A stretch of 64,000 bases of DNA from the IMG/VR virus record IMGVR_UViG_3300010163_000003, positions 154,432 through 218,431 of that record; one strand, written 5' to 3'. This document shows positions 42,440 through 52,200 of the stretch, one piece after another. This stretch comes from a virus. Its lineage: Duplodnaviria; Caudoviricetes. Both the position numbers and the translations under genes were made by a program. Under the pieces are notes generated by a model, which made no database searches, was not told the origin of the DNA, and was given only the letters and a program-made list of their open reading frames with translations. Numbering within the stretch: position 1 is the first letter of the stretch; every line of letters starts with the position of its first letter.

Positions 42440-42937
42440 TTAGTCAGCATCAACGCCGCTTGATCTAAAAAATGTTCTCGCTTCATTTCCAAGTACAGAA
42501 CGAGTATTTAACCCGTTAGATTGTATTGCGTTTAAACTTCTTTGACGCATTGTATATCCTGCTTGGCTCATATTAAAATAACCAGAACCAAGTCTTCCTG
42601 CTTGTGAATATTGTTCATCCATTGTTCTACCAACATTTTGGAATGCTTGCCCAGCAATTTGTGCTCCCGTAGGAATCATTGTTAAAGCGAATGGAGCCGC
42701 AAAAGCAGCCAAACCTGAAATGCCCATACCTTGCAAAGCTAAATTCATTCCACCATAAAATATTTCTCCCCAAGCAAAAGACCCAATTGCTTTTGCAGCA
42801 GACATTGCTGCATTATTCCCTTGCTTTCTAGCATCTTTATAGGCGCTTACACCAAAAAATAAATTTATTGCATCTCCAGGCAATCCCGAAAGTATATGCC
42901 TAGCCATTTGATTTCCGCCACTAGGAGCATTAGCCAT
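42440..42937 (-). CDS. Gly/Ala-rich hydrophobic protein (candidate ejection protein)
   Basis: GGMNLALQGMGISGLAAFAAPFAL membrane-like segment; TMRQRSLNAIQ...RSVLGNEA. Confidence 0.5.
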   Translation of the reverse strand: MANAPSGGNQMARHILSGLPGDAINLFFGVSAYKDARKQGNNAAMSAAKAIGSFAWGEIFYGGMNLALQGMGISGLAAFAAPFALTMIPTGAQIAGQAFQNVGRTMDEQYSQAGRLGSGYFNMSQAGYTMRQRSLNAIQSNGLNTRSVLGNEARTFFRSSGVDAD

Positions 42938-42943
42938 ATTCTA

Positions 42944-43363
42944 TTACCTCATTCCATATAAAGATGAAATTAAATTAGCATCAGCGCCATAATCATCTAG
43001 AATTCTTCCAACACCTGGAGAACGCACAACTTCTTGAGCCATGTCAGAAAATATTCCATAATTGCCTTGAGCAGTTTCATTCATTACTTTCTTCGCTCCA
43101 GTAACAAAAGATTTAGTCATCCTTGCCATTCCATCAGAATAACTAACACTACCCATTTTAGATTCATTAGCCATCTTTACTGCTGTATCTATTCCAGAAG
43201 CAATGGTACTTACGCCAAGAAAACCAAACACACCACGTTTATTTAAAACTCTAGGCATTAAAAGTGAACTAAAGCCTCCACCTTGATCAAATGGAAGATT
43301 ATTAGTCATTAAATGATTATTAATAAATTTAGTAGCGCCAATAGTTTTATCTATTAAACTCAT
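42944..43363 (-). CDS. Gly-rich hypothetical protein
   Basis: 139 aa; RBS GAGGAGG; hydrophobic GVFGFLGVSTIASG segment. Confidence 0.5.
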   Translation of the reverse strand: MSLIDKTIGATKFINNHLMTNNLPFDQGGGFSSLLMPRVLNKRGVFGFLGVSTIASGIDTAVKMANESKMGSVSYSDGMARMTKSFVTGAKKVMNETAQGNYGIFSDMAQEVVRSPGVGRILDDYGADANLISSLYGMR

Positions 43364-43365
43364 AC

Positions 43366-44130
43366 TTATTCCTCCTCACAAGGAACTTCTTCTATTACTT
43401 CTCCAACTTCATTAAATTCAACATCACTGACGTTAATAATTTTATTTGCTTTTTCAAGATCTTGTACTTGCTGGAATATCCGAATAGCCATATCAGAAGC
43501 TGCAAATTTAGATTTATCTCCAGCTTTATCTTTACGAGTAGCATTAAGCTGATTTAATATCTTTACTTTCTTATCTTGTAAAGTCATTAAAAATTCGACT
43601 TCTGGAGCAACTATTTTTCCATAGTAAGGATTACACTTTTTATCAATATCAAGTAGCGTATCAGCCATAAAATCGCCATTTAAAGCTATTTTATTTTCTG
43701 CACGTATCATTTGTACTTCTATATTAACTAAATCTTTAATTAAAGTAGCATCTACAAGATCTTTTGGGTCAATCATGTCTTGTGACGTATCAATTTCAAA
43801 ATGTTCACACCATTGATTATAACGTGATAATATAGCTGCTATTTCCATTGGACAACGTTGTCCTACTTTTCTTTGTTTTTTGCTAATCATGCATACATCT
43901 TTATATGCACAATCAGGCCCTTTACAAAGAATAGGGATAGAAGCAAATAAACCATGTTTTGAGGAATAGACTTTATTTACATTACTAAGTTCTTTAATAA
44001 GTGCAGGCTCTATTCCCCACATGGCATTTGTAACTTCTAAACCTGTTTTTCCTTGTAAATCTGGAAGCGAATTATCTTTGTTAAAATCATTTGGTGTATT
44101 TACTTGCAATCCTGATGTATAATTATTCAT
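43366..44130 (-). CDS. Putative terminase small subunit / Zn-binding protein
   Basis: Cys cluster CKGPDC...VC...RCP and a helical C-terminus KILNQLNATRKDK; close upstream of terL. Confidence 0.35.
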   Translation of the reverse strand: MNNYTSGLQVNTPNDFNKDNSLPDLQGKTGLEVTNAMWGIEPALIKELSNVNKVYSSKHGLFASIPILCKGPDCAYKDVCMISKKQRKVGQRCPMEIAAILSRYNQWCEHFEIDTSQDMIDPKDLVDATLIKDLVNIEVQMIRAENKIALNGDFMADTLLDIDKKCNPYYGKIVAPEVEFLMTLQDKKVKILNQLNATRKDKAGDKSKFAASDMAIRIFQQVQDLEKANKIINVSDVEFNEVGEVIEEVPCEEE

Positions 44131-44141
44131 GATTTAACCTC

Positions 44142-44813
44142 TTAAATAAATGGAATGCCTGCTATATCTCTTTGACCAGAAGAATTACGAGTTAAACTTC
44201 CACCTGTTAATAAACGACCGCCAGTATTTGCTATTGCATAAGCACCAATTGCTGCGCCTATACGATCACGCTGTACTTCTTTACCGGCATCTGCACTAAA
44301 ATAAGATCTGACAAGTGCTTCGCCCTTTCTTGGGCCAGTTAAATTATTTAAATCAAATTCGGGATTGCTAGCAAATATTTGCTTACCTTGCCCCATTACG
44401 GTGCCATATTCCGTATTATAAGCATTTAACGCTTGCTGCGCCCAATTATCAAGATCTGGATCTTTAATGTTATTTAAGGCATCACTTCCAAGTCCTTTTT
44501 CCAGCTTCTTTCGGAATTTGACCAAATCGACATTTCCATTAGCATCCATGAGATTAGAGCTGCTTAAAGCACTTGCCACTCGTTTTTCTAATGCGTCTTG
44601 CCCTTCTTTTCCTAAACCATTATACCATCCAGCCTGAGTTTGACTTATAGCGGCAGAAATCTCTTCTGCTGATTTTTTCCCAGCAAGACTTTCGGCAGCA
44701 AATCTAATACCTCTGTTATCCATAACGCCAGGCATAGTGCTTTTAACATCACCGAAAACATTTCTAAACAATCTGCTATTGATAATATCGTCAATAATTG
44801 ATGCTTTAGCCAT
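44142..44813 (-). CDS. Hypothetical protein with C-terminal Gly/Ala hydrophobic helix
   Basis: IGAAIGAYAIANTGGRLLTGG near the C-terminus; start at ATG 44813. Confidence 0.55.
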   Translation of the reverse strand: MAKASIIDDIINSRLFRNVFGDVKSTMPGVMDNRGIRFAAESLAGKKSAEEISAAISQTQAGWYNGLGKEGQDALEKRVASALSSSNLMDANGNVDLVKFRKKLEKGLGSDALNNIKDPDLDNWAQQALNAYNTEYGTVMGQGKQIFASNPEFDLNNLTGPRKGEALVRSYFSADAGKEVQRDRIGAAIGAYAIANTGGRLLTGGSLTRNSSGQRDIAGIPFI

Positions 44814-44827
44814 AATTATTACCACCT

Positions 44828-45202
44828 TTACGTTATTGTAGAACTTCCTTGATTAAGATAACCTTTATGCGGCGCTCTACCGTATCTTAACTTATTTTTC
44901 ATGTTTTTAAAAGCAGTTTCATTTTTTAATGGTTGGTTAGCAAGTATAAGAGATCGTCCATATACATCATAACCAGAAGCTGCCATTCTTGTTTGCATAT
45001 TAACATTACCAGACGTAAGAGATTCATAAGATTGTACTCTATCAAATCTATAAGCATTAGATGATTTCTTGCGTTGTGTATCTACTTCTACACGTACTTG
45101 TTTACTTATCTCTGCTTTAATTTCTGGTTTCTGTAATAAGTCAACAAAGAATCTAATCATATCTTGATTTGCTTGATATGATTGTTGCCATGGAGTATAC
45201 AT
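44828..45202 (-). CDS. Hypothetical protein
   Basis: 124 aa; RBS AAGGTGA. Confidence 0.55.
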   Translation of the reverse strand: MYTPWQQSYQANQDMIRFFVDLLQKPEIKAEISKQVRVEVDTQRKKSSNAYRFDRVQSYESLTSGNVNMQTRMAASGYDVYGRSLILANQPLKNETAFKNMKNKLRYGRAPHKGYLNQGSSTIT

Positions 45203-45211
45203 AAAATCACC

Positions 45212-46846
45212 TTAACCGTCATCATCACCCATTATCATGCCTAATGCAAAAGCTGTGCCGCCAGCTACAGCCATTGACTGAACTGGGTATTCTGATATTA
45301 TTCTAGCTAAGACACCTTGATCTTTTTTTGCCTCTGGGGGTGCGTCTTTAGGTTTTGGAGTATTTGTTGCTGTAGTTTCTGCCGCACCATTCCCACTTAC
45401 CCCTGCCTGATTTTCTGGACCTGATTTTCTAGTTGTTCTTGGCTTTTGTTGTGTAGCGCTTTGTCTATTCCACCAATGATTTCTTCCAGGTGCAGCAGCT
45501 TCAGGTATTTGTCCTCTTCTTACTCCTGGCATATTTGTAATCATTTCATTGGTTACATCTGCTTGAGTTCTGGCAGTTGACGTGTATGGATCAAATTGAT
45601 CTGCTCTTCCTCCACCAAATACTTGATTATTAGGATTTTCTGCTGCTTCCCTACGTGCTTGTTGTCTTTGCTGTATCAAACTTAGTTCGTTTGCTTCATC
45701 TGCTTCTCTACCTAAACCATATGGAGTAACTTCTTGTTCATATTGAAGACGTTGTTGCTCTAATTCAAAATCTCTTGGTTCATCTATATCTAATTCTTTT
45801 CTTTCTGCTTCTCTTTGAGAAGCTTCCCACTTTTCTCTTCTTTCTTTCTTTCTTGCTGCTTTATCAACTTCAGCTTGCTGTCTCTTAATATCGTCATTTA
45901 CGCTTCCTACGCCCTCTGAATTTGACTCTGCTCTTTGAACTTCTTGCCTTGCTTTAGATGCTTCAACACGTTGAGTTCTTTTTTTAGCTGAACGTTTTTT
46001 TGAATAAAAGTCTTCCATTCTTGCCCTTGTTTTAGGATCTGTACTACCAGCAAGACTTTCTATGTTGGCACGAGGAATACGTCTTTGTTCATAACCTGCA
46101 ACATCAAATTTATCTAAATTATAGTTAATTTTTGATGCTTTAATAATATTCATCCCGTCTGTAACATCGTGTCCATTTTTTTGAGAATATTTATTAAATG
46201 ACAATTCTTGTTTCGATTGCTGGTTAGATTGTTTAAGCATCTCATCTTCTATTTCATCAACTTTTCTATTAGCTCTTTTGTTAGCTTGATCTTCTGCAAC
46301 TTGTTGTTCTCTACTAGATTTTCGTACAATATCGTCATTTTTTAATTGTGATGATCTTTCTAAACGAGCAGCTCTTCTTCCTTCTCTATCCTTAATTATT
46401 GCATTATTTTCTTTTTTTCGTCTTTCTACTCTTTCTTTTTGTTTATCAATAGCTTTTTGTCTTGATTTTTCTTTTTCTAATTTTGTACTTTTTTCATCTT
46501 GTGTATTTCTTTCTCTAGATCTTTTTGTTGCGTCTTTTTCTTTTCTTATACGTTCTCTTTCTTCTTTTCTTGCATGTCTAGCCTTAGATTTTTCTGTGGG
46601 AACATCTTCCCCCATATTTCTAAGTGTTCTATATTCTGCCTGAGCTTGCTCTATTTGGTTTGTACGTATTCTTGCTTGTTCTGTGTTTGCTTTAGCTTGT
46701 TTTATGCGAGCTTGTGTTTGTCGCGCTCTAGCAGAACCTCCAGAGCTAGCTAATGCTCTTTCGCTTAATTTTCCCCCTAATTCTTCGGTTCCATCTTTAG
46801 CTATTTTACTTAATTTTTTTGTAATATTTCTTGAGACTCTTGGCAT
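45212..46846 (-). CDS. Highly charged, largely disordered/coiled-coil protein with C-terminal hydrophobic anchor
   Basis: K/R/E/Q-rich body; ends AVAGGTAFALGMIMGDDDG. Confidence 0.6.
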   Translation of the reverse strand: MPRVSRNITKKLSKIAKDGTEELGGKLSERALASSGGSARARQTQARIKQAKANTEQARIRTNQIEQAQAEYRTLRNMGEDVPTEKSKARHARKEERERIRKEKDATKRSRERNTQDEKSTKLEKEKSRQKAIDKQKERVERRKKENNAIIKDREGRRAARLERSSQLKNDDIVRKSSREQQVAEDQANKRANRKVDEIEDEMLKQSNQQSKQELSFNKYSQKNGHDVTDGMNIIKASKINYNLDKFDVAGYEQRRIPRANIESLAGSTDPKTRARMEDFYSKKRSAKKRTQRVEASKARQEVQRAESNSEGVGSVNDDIKRQQAEVDKAARKKERREKWEASQREAERKELDIDEPRDFELEQQRLQYEQEVTPYGLGREADEANELSLIQQRQQARREAAENPNNQVFGGGRADQFDPYTSTARTQADVTNEMITNMPGVRRGQIPEAAAPGRNHWWNRQSATQQKPRTTRKSGPENQAGVSGNGAAETTATNTPKPKDAPPEAKKDQGVLARIISEYPVQSMAVAGGTAFALGMIMGDDDG

Positions 46847-46877
46847 CTATTACACCAACTTTCAATTTAACTTTAAA

Positions 46878-48275
46878 TTAATCATCATCAAGCAATTTAC
46901 CTATTAATAATCCACCAGCAATTAGACCAGCAGCTTTAAATCCGCCGTGATGCATAAATGATTTGCCTACGGCATCATCTATGCCACTCATAAATCCTTT
47001 TTTTGCCCCAGTCTCAGCGGCATTTTCAACAGCTTCAGCAGCTTCTTTACCAGCGCCGCCTATACCATAATTATTGTACGTATTATTGTATATGTTAACT
47101 GTTGCGCCTTCACCAACGTTACCTACATTAACTCTACCACCTGAGACATTATTAGTGCCATATCTAGTAGCATTAGTTGCTTCTTCACCAACTACTCGCT
47201 TTTTCATTCCAGAACCCATTTGTTTTCTTACACTACTACCTGCGCTATTATTCGTAGCTTCATTAACAGCAGGGGAACCAGACTCCCCTTGTTTAATCTT
47301 TGCTTTTTCAGCTTTATTTTTTCTTTTTAATTCTTTTTCAACATTTCTTCTATAAGCTTTTGCAGATGCAGAATCTAAATTATATGATTTTGCAACATCT
47401 TCTGTATATCTTTTATTTTCCCAATCATATTTCGATGGATCGCTACGACCATGATGATTAATAACACCATCTTCAGGGAGACCATATCCACTAAGTTGAT
47501 CTGCCCATTCATCTCTTGCTCTTTCATTAATTCTTTGATGTAATTTTTTTTGCTGATTTGCATTTAACTTAGAAATAGATTCAGCGTCAGGCAAGAAATC
47601 ACTTAAAGTATCATCATTTATCATGTTTCTTCCTCCAGTTGATGTATTATTGTTTATATTTGTAGAAATAGGTTTTTCAGATTTAGATCGTGGTTTTTGA
47701 CGGGATTTAGGCTGAGAATTTGGTTGATGTTGCGAACTAGGTTCTGGTTGATACTGACCTATTTCTTTTTTAAAAATACTTGGATATTGACGAGCTAAAT
47801 CTTGATCTTGATCAAAAATATTTTGTCTTATTTTTGAATAAAGAGTCTGAGAGGCATTACTAGGTAATTCTCCATATCCATTAACTCTTTCATTAGGTAT
47901 TAAAGTATTTGTACTTAAATCTACTACATCCCAATCGTTTTTAGAGCCTACATCTATTTTGATTGTGTTTGGAGTTGTTACTTTTTCTGCTTTTTTACTA
48001 ACTAAAGTTCTAAAAGCATTATTTGTAGCTTCTGCATTGTTCTTTGGGAAAAATTCATCTATATAGCTTTTAAGAGTTCCAGCATCTAAAGGTTGCTGAC
48101 CATTTTGAGTAAGTATAGAATATCCTAATGCCCAATCAGGAGCAACTGTAGTAGTTACATTTAAAATTGATTTATCTTTAAAAAAATAATCACGAAGACC
48201 GTTTATAGCGTCTACTTTTTGTGATGATGTCATGCCATTTATGGTTGATCTTAAGTCGCTCATGCTCATGGCCAT
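46878..48275 (-). CDS. Low-complexity protein with C-terminal hydrophobic anchor
   Basis: Ends AAGLIAGGLLIGKLLDDD. Confidence 0.6.
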   Translation of the reverse strand: MAMSMSDLRSTINGMTSSQKVDAINGLRDYFFKDKSILNVTTTVAPDWALGYSILTQNGQQPLDAGTLKSYIDEFFPKNNAEATNNAFRTLVSKKAEKVTTPNTIKIDVGSKNDWDVVDLSTNTLIPNERVNGYGELPSNASQTLYSKIRQNIFDQDQDLARQYPSIFKKEIGQYQPEPSSQHQPNSQPKSRQKPRSKSEKPISTNINNNTSTGGRNMINDDTLSDFLPDAESISKLNANQQKKLHQRINERARDEWADQLSGYGLPEDGVINHHGRSDPSKYDWENKRYTEDVAKSYNLDSASAKAYRRNVEKELKRKNKAEKAKIKQGESGSPAVNEATNNSAGSSVRKQMGSGMKKRVVGEEATNATRYGTNNVSGGRVNVGNVGEGATVNIYNNTYNNYGIGGAGKEAAEAVENAAETGAKKGFMSGIDDAVGKSFMHHGGFKAAGLIAGGLLIGKLLDDD

Positions 48276-48289
48276 TAGTAATCACTTCC

Positions 48290-48583
48290 TTATTCCGAAG
48301 CATACTGAACTCTTATTTTGTTATCTAAAATAACAGCGCATTCTGGACAGCATATTCCAGGTTTCTCACATCTTCTAATTAAATAACTCTTACCGCATTG
48401 TGGACAAATAACTTTCTTATCTTTACGAACACTTTTATTATACGTAGGAATATTATTTTCTTGCCTGATTCTCTGAACACTAACTCTATTATATTTAATT
48501 ATATCAGCAATTTCAGAGTCTTTCAATCCTTCTTCTTGTGATAATCTTTTAATTTCATTAATAATAATTGGACTTGTATTCAT
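48290..48583 (-). CDS. HTH plus zinc-ribbon DNA-binding protein
   Basis: GLKDSEIADIIKYNRVSVQRIR helix-turn-helix; CPQCG...CCPEC zinc ligands; RBS AAAGGAG. Confidence 0.7.
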   Translation of the reverse strand: MNTSPIIINEIKRLSQEEGLKDSEIADIIKYNRVSVQRIRQENNIPTYNKSVRKDKKVICPQCGKSYLIRRCEKPGICCPECAVILDNKIRVQYASE

Positions 48584-48636
48584 GACAAAAATATTAAACT
48601 CCTTTCATCTAGTATATTTCAAACGCTTTATATAAT

Positions 48637-48646
48637 TATAATATAC
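48637..48646 (-). promoter_or_regulatory. Candidate late-promoter motif GTATATTATA
   Basis: The same 10-mer is intergenic at 39220-39229 and 8127-8136, each time just upstream of a minus-strand gene. Confidence 0.4.
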
Positions 48647-48738
48647 CGCTTAAAATTACTCTTTTATTGTAGTATAGCACAACATTTTTTAAAACGCCAG
48701 TATAGGCAAAAAATTTGATATATATATTTTTGGAATTG

Positions 48739-48770
48739 GCTCTTCGTTTACTCGAAGAGCTTTTTCTTTT
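48739..48770 (+). terminator. Intrinsic terminator at the arm junction
   Basis: GCTCTTCG-TTTACT-CGAAGAGC followed by TTTTTCTTTT. Confidence 0.7.
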
Positions 48771-48890
48771 ATACCCCACCCCCTTTTGGGAGGAACTGGA
48801 AACCGTGAGGTACAGTAAATGCAGATATATTTTGTGGGGGGAAGCAGGTATTAACTTTTAACTCAAAAAAAAGATCGATACCCCACCCCC
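48771..48890. repeat. 13-bp C-rich direct repeat ATACCCCACCCCC
   Basis: Exact copies at 48771-48783 and 48878-48890, with a G6 run between them. Confidence 0.8.
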
Positions 48891-48909
48891 ATTTGTGTGT
48901 TCCAACTTT

Positions 48910-49240
48910 AATGGTCTTTGCAAAAATTTATGCGAAGTATCTCTTAAGAAGCATAGACCCAAGCCGAAACAGATTACCATATTTATATGGTAGTTTGTCT
49001 GCGTAAGATGGTAACTTGCGCACCGATGATGGTAAACCAATATATTGTGATTCGTATGCGGCTGATATGCGACATACGTACACAAGTGTTTCACCGTTAT
49101 TGGAATTGTTCTATTGTACGCATAGACGTGCATTAATGGCGTTCCAGTGTGTATGGACACACACGCTGTTGCATATATCAACATATGCATTAAGGGAGCC
49201 AAGAACACATGTACTAATACATGTACCATGCTGGTGTCCA
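48910..49240 (+). ncRNA. Putative structured RNA / leader upstream of the polymerase gene
   Basis: Consecutive and nested stems found by eye, e.g. 48969-82/48985-98, 49001-07/49015-21, 49053-58/49073-78, and 49107-12/49202-07 enclosing 49115-32, 49137-45/49194-201, 49147-62 and 49170-89. Wobble pairs are G-U in the plus sense. Confidence 0.55.
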
Positions 49241-49269
49241 AAGGAATAAAGAAAATGGAGGAATGTAAA

Positions 49270-52200
49270 ATGTTGAGCATCATCATCGCTATCATGAACG
49301 TGCTCATGGGGAAGATTGTCTCTAAGGCAGTCAAAGCCATGAAGCAAATCACCACCGGACTGTATGTGCAGTATAACACAGAACTCTGCAACGAAAACTA
49401 TATCTGGTATCTTGCTCGCAAAAAGCATGCAAAGCTCTACCGTCACGACCCCAAGCGTGCTTATAAGAAAGCACTGAAGACCCTCGAAAAAGAAGCGGAA
49501 AGAAGAGCGGAAATAGAAACCCGTATTCGCATAAACCGTATGTTAGGCAAGTATTATAACGACGACAAAAACGTAAGGCACCTCATTCGCTTGTTCAACT
49601 CCAAGTATCATAAAGAATCTATCCCTGATGACCTTATGACTATAGGTTATCAGGTTCTTAATTACCTCAGAAATGAAGGTAATAAGATGTATGAACAGAC
49701 TCGTAATGCCAAGATTGGCTGTGCAGCTATACTCACTATTATGGGTGTTATCGATATTGGCAACTTCGAATCTGACGCAAAAGACGGCAAAATCGTTATC
49801 AACAAAGAAGCTCTTGAGAAAATCTCCGATGTTACCCTGAAAAACAATCTGGATAAGGTGCTTAGTGGAGAAAAGCTTACAAGTGTGTATAATGGCTATA
49901 CTAAGGGCAGGCAAACCGCTGTATGGAGCAATATGCTGAATGCACTTCGCAAATATGTTAAGTATATTGACCATGACGTAGTAGTAACCAAGGAATGCGT
50001 ACCTGTCATTAGCCTTGCAGAAAACGCTTTCTACACTTGGAAGAAGAATGAAGAAGGCAAAAACGTACCCGTCCTTAACACAATAGAAATCGATGGACAA
50101 ACTTATTGCTACGTTCAGCTTAACGATGAAAATGGAGAAAGCAGAGTCGTTTCTAGGGGCAATGTAAACGAATATAAAGAACAACACAATGGACGTGAAC
50201 CATACTTTATTGTTGATAATGCCTCTTCCAGTGTATTAGCGCGTAAAGTATTCAATATTAGCAAAGACAATCTTATCCTTACAGTTAAGCCACAAAACAA
50301 ATCATCAGAAGCAACACAATCCCTTATGGAAAAGATACTGGATAATGGGTTCTACGACGCAAGCACTGGTACTCTTTTTAAGTTCCTCGCAATGCCTGCA
50401 AGCAAAATGAAAACCTGTCAGTTCGTATTCACAAGCATCCCAGTAGCGTGGGTTAATAATCCTAATGCGTATATTGGCTATGTATGGGGAATGGCTATGG
50501 GCCTCACCAAGTATGCCAATGTATTTCGCAAATATCACAACGATACAAAGCACATCGTTACGATGGATGAAGTTGTAAACACTTTCAGGAATGAAGAATT
50601 CCAGGGATATAGGCTTGTTAATGAAAATGGGCTTGTTAATGTTGCAAAGACATGGAGTCGCTTTGGTCTTGCAATGTCTTCCACATTCTCACTCATGGAG
50701 CTTGTTACCAAAAATCCAGAGATGAAGGATGTATACGACAAATCCATTGGCGTTGCTAAAACTTTACGTGTAAAAGATGCTAGCGTAAGAGTCAAAAGCC
50801 CGTTCCACGTAATAAGTGGTATCTTCAACATCCACAAGCCTCTGACAACAAAGCAGATGGAGGAAAACACCCGCAAACGCTTTGATAAACTCGTCGCTTT
50901 CTGTGACAGAGAGTCCGAAATCATAAATGTACCATCCATTAAAGATAACCTTAACAAGGCTAAAGAACTCTTTGCGGACAACAAAACGGACGAATGCGTT
51001 AATACTCTTGAAGCTATTGTAGCTGATGTGAAGAAGCAAATTGAATATGAATACGCAATAGTGGAAGAATATAACCGTTCTGGGAAGAAGCTCGTAGACG
51101 AAATAGGTATGTTTGCCGAGAACGTAGGCACTCTTGCGTTGCTGTCAGATAAGATAAAAGACCTGAAACTTGACATTAAGAACGGCATTGCTGGCGAAGA
51201 CGAAAAGACTTTGACACCTGGCGATGGCGAAATGCTTGCAAATATCAAAATTATTGCTGGTATAGCTACTCTTCTTAAGAAAATTACCATAGATGAGTAT
51301 AAAATCATCATGGACTGGTGGAATAGCAGCGATAAAATTCTTGCCAACATCGAAGAAGATAGCGAAATCCGCAACATTATTGCCAAAATACCACCAGCTT
51401 ATACTATAAGGCATGGCGGGAAGAAGGGCTTGTTGAAACTCGCAGACCTTGGTCAGCTTCTTGATACAAAGAAAAATGGCGAAATAATCGTTGACAACTA
51501 CGATATTCTTACCCCTGACAGTGCCGAGAAGTTTAGTGTTGAAAACTGGGAAGATGCAGAGTTTAGCGTTTGCTTGGTAGGTAAAGTTCACAGTGATAAA
51601 GATTTTATCAACACCAATGCTTTTATGCTGAGCGCACTGAAACTGTCACCGAAGCAAATCGTGTCTATCGCTAAGACAATCATTGATGAAATGGTTGATG
51701 CGCTGAAAGACCCTGACAAAGCCGTTGCATTCTTTGCAAAATATAGTGACGACTTCAATTGTCAAAATGGTCCTGCATCTCTGTTGGCAATGAATAAGAA
51801 ACTCATCAAAATGGACATCGTTCAAACTGCTATATTGACAACGATTAAAGTTGTAATCAATAATATGGCATGCGGTAGAATGAAAGTTCCTGGCAACACA
51901 TCATTCATTTCTTGTGACTGGGCTGAACTGCTTAACCTGTGGTTGAAAGATGAAATGGCTGAAGCAGGTGTGCACATTAAAACACTTGATGAGTACGCAA
52001 AAGAACAAGGCATTAATGAAGGCTATAAAGGTCACTATAGCAATAAATCTTGTGAGGCCATGATAGCTCGTAGCCCTGGATATGGCTGGCAAGAGATTGT
52101 TAAGCTTACTCTCGTCAAAATCGATGCATGGTGGTGGAACCATGACGTATGCGAACTGAGCGTATTCGACGGTATCTGGGAGAACCTTCAGGGTGCCGAT

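Noticed and set aside
48671-48699. Minus-strand sigmaA promoter TGCTATACT for the HTH-Zn gene
   Set aside because: Extended -10 is plausible but the -35 position (TGGCGT) is poor; too weak to list as a feature without TSS data.
49147-49269. N-terminal 41 codons of the 1740-aa ORF call
   Set aside because: The GTG start has no RBS and lies inside the structured region; ATG 49270 has GGAGG at proper spacing.
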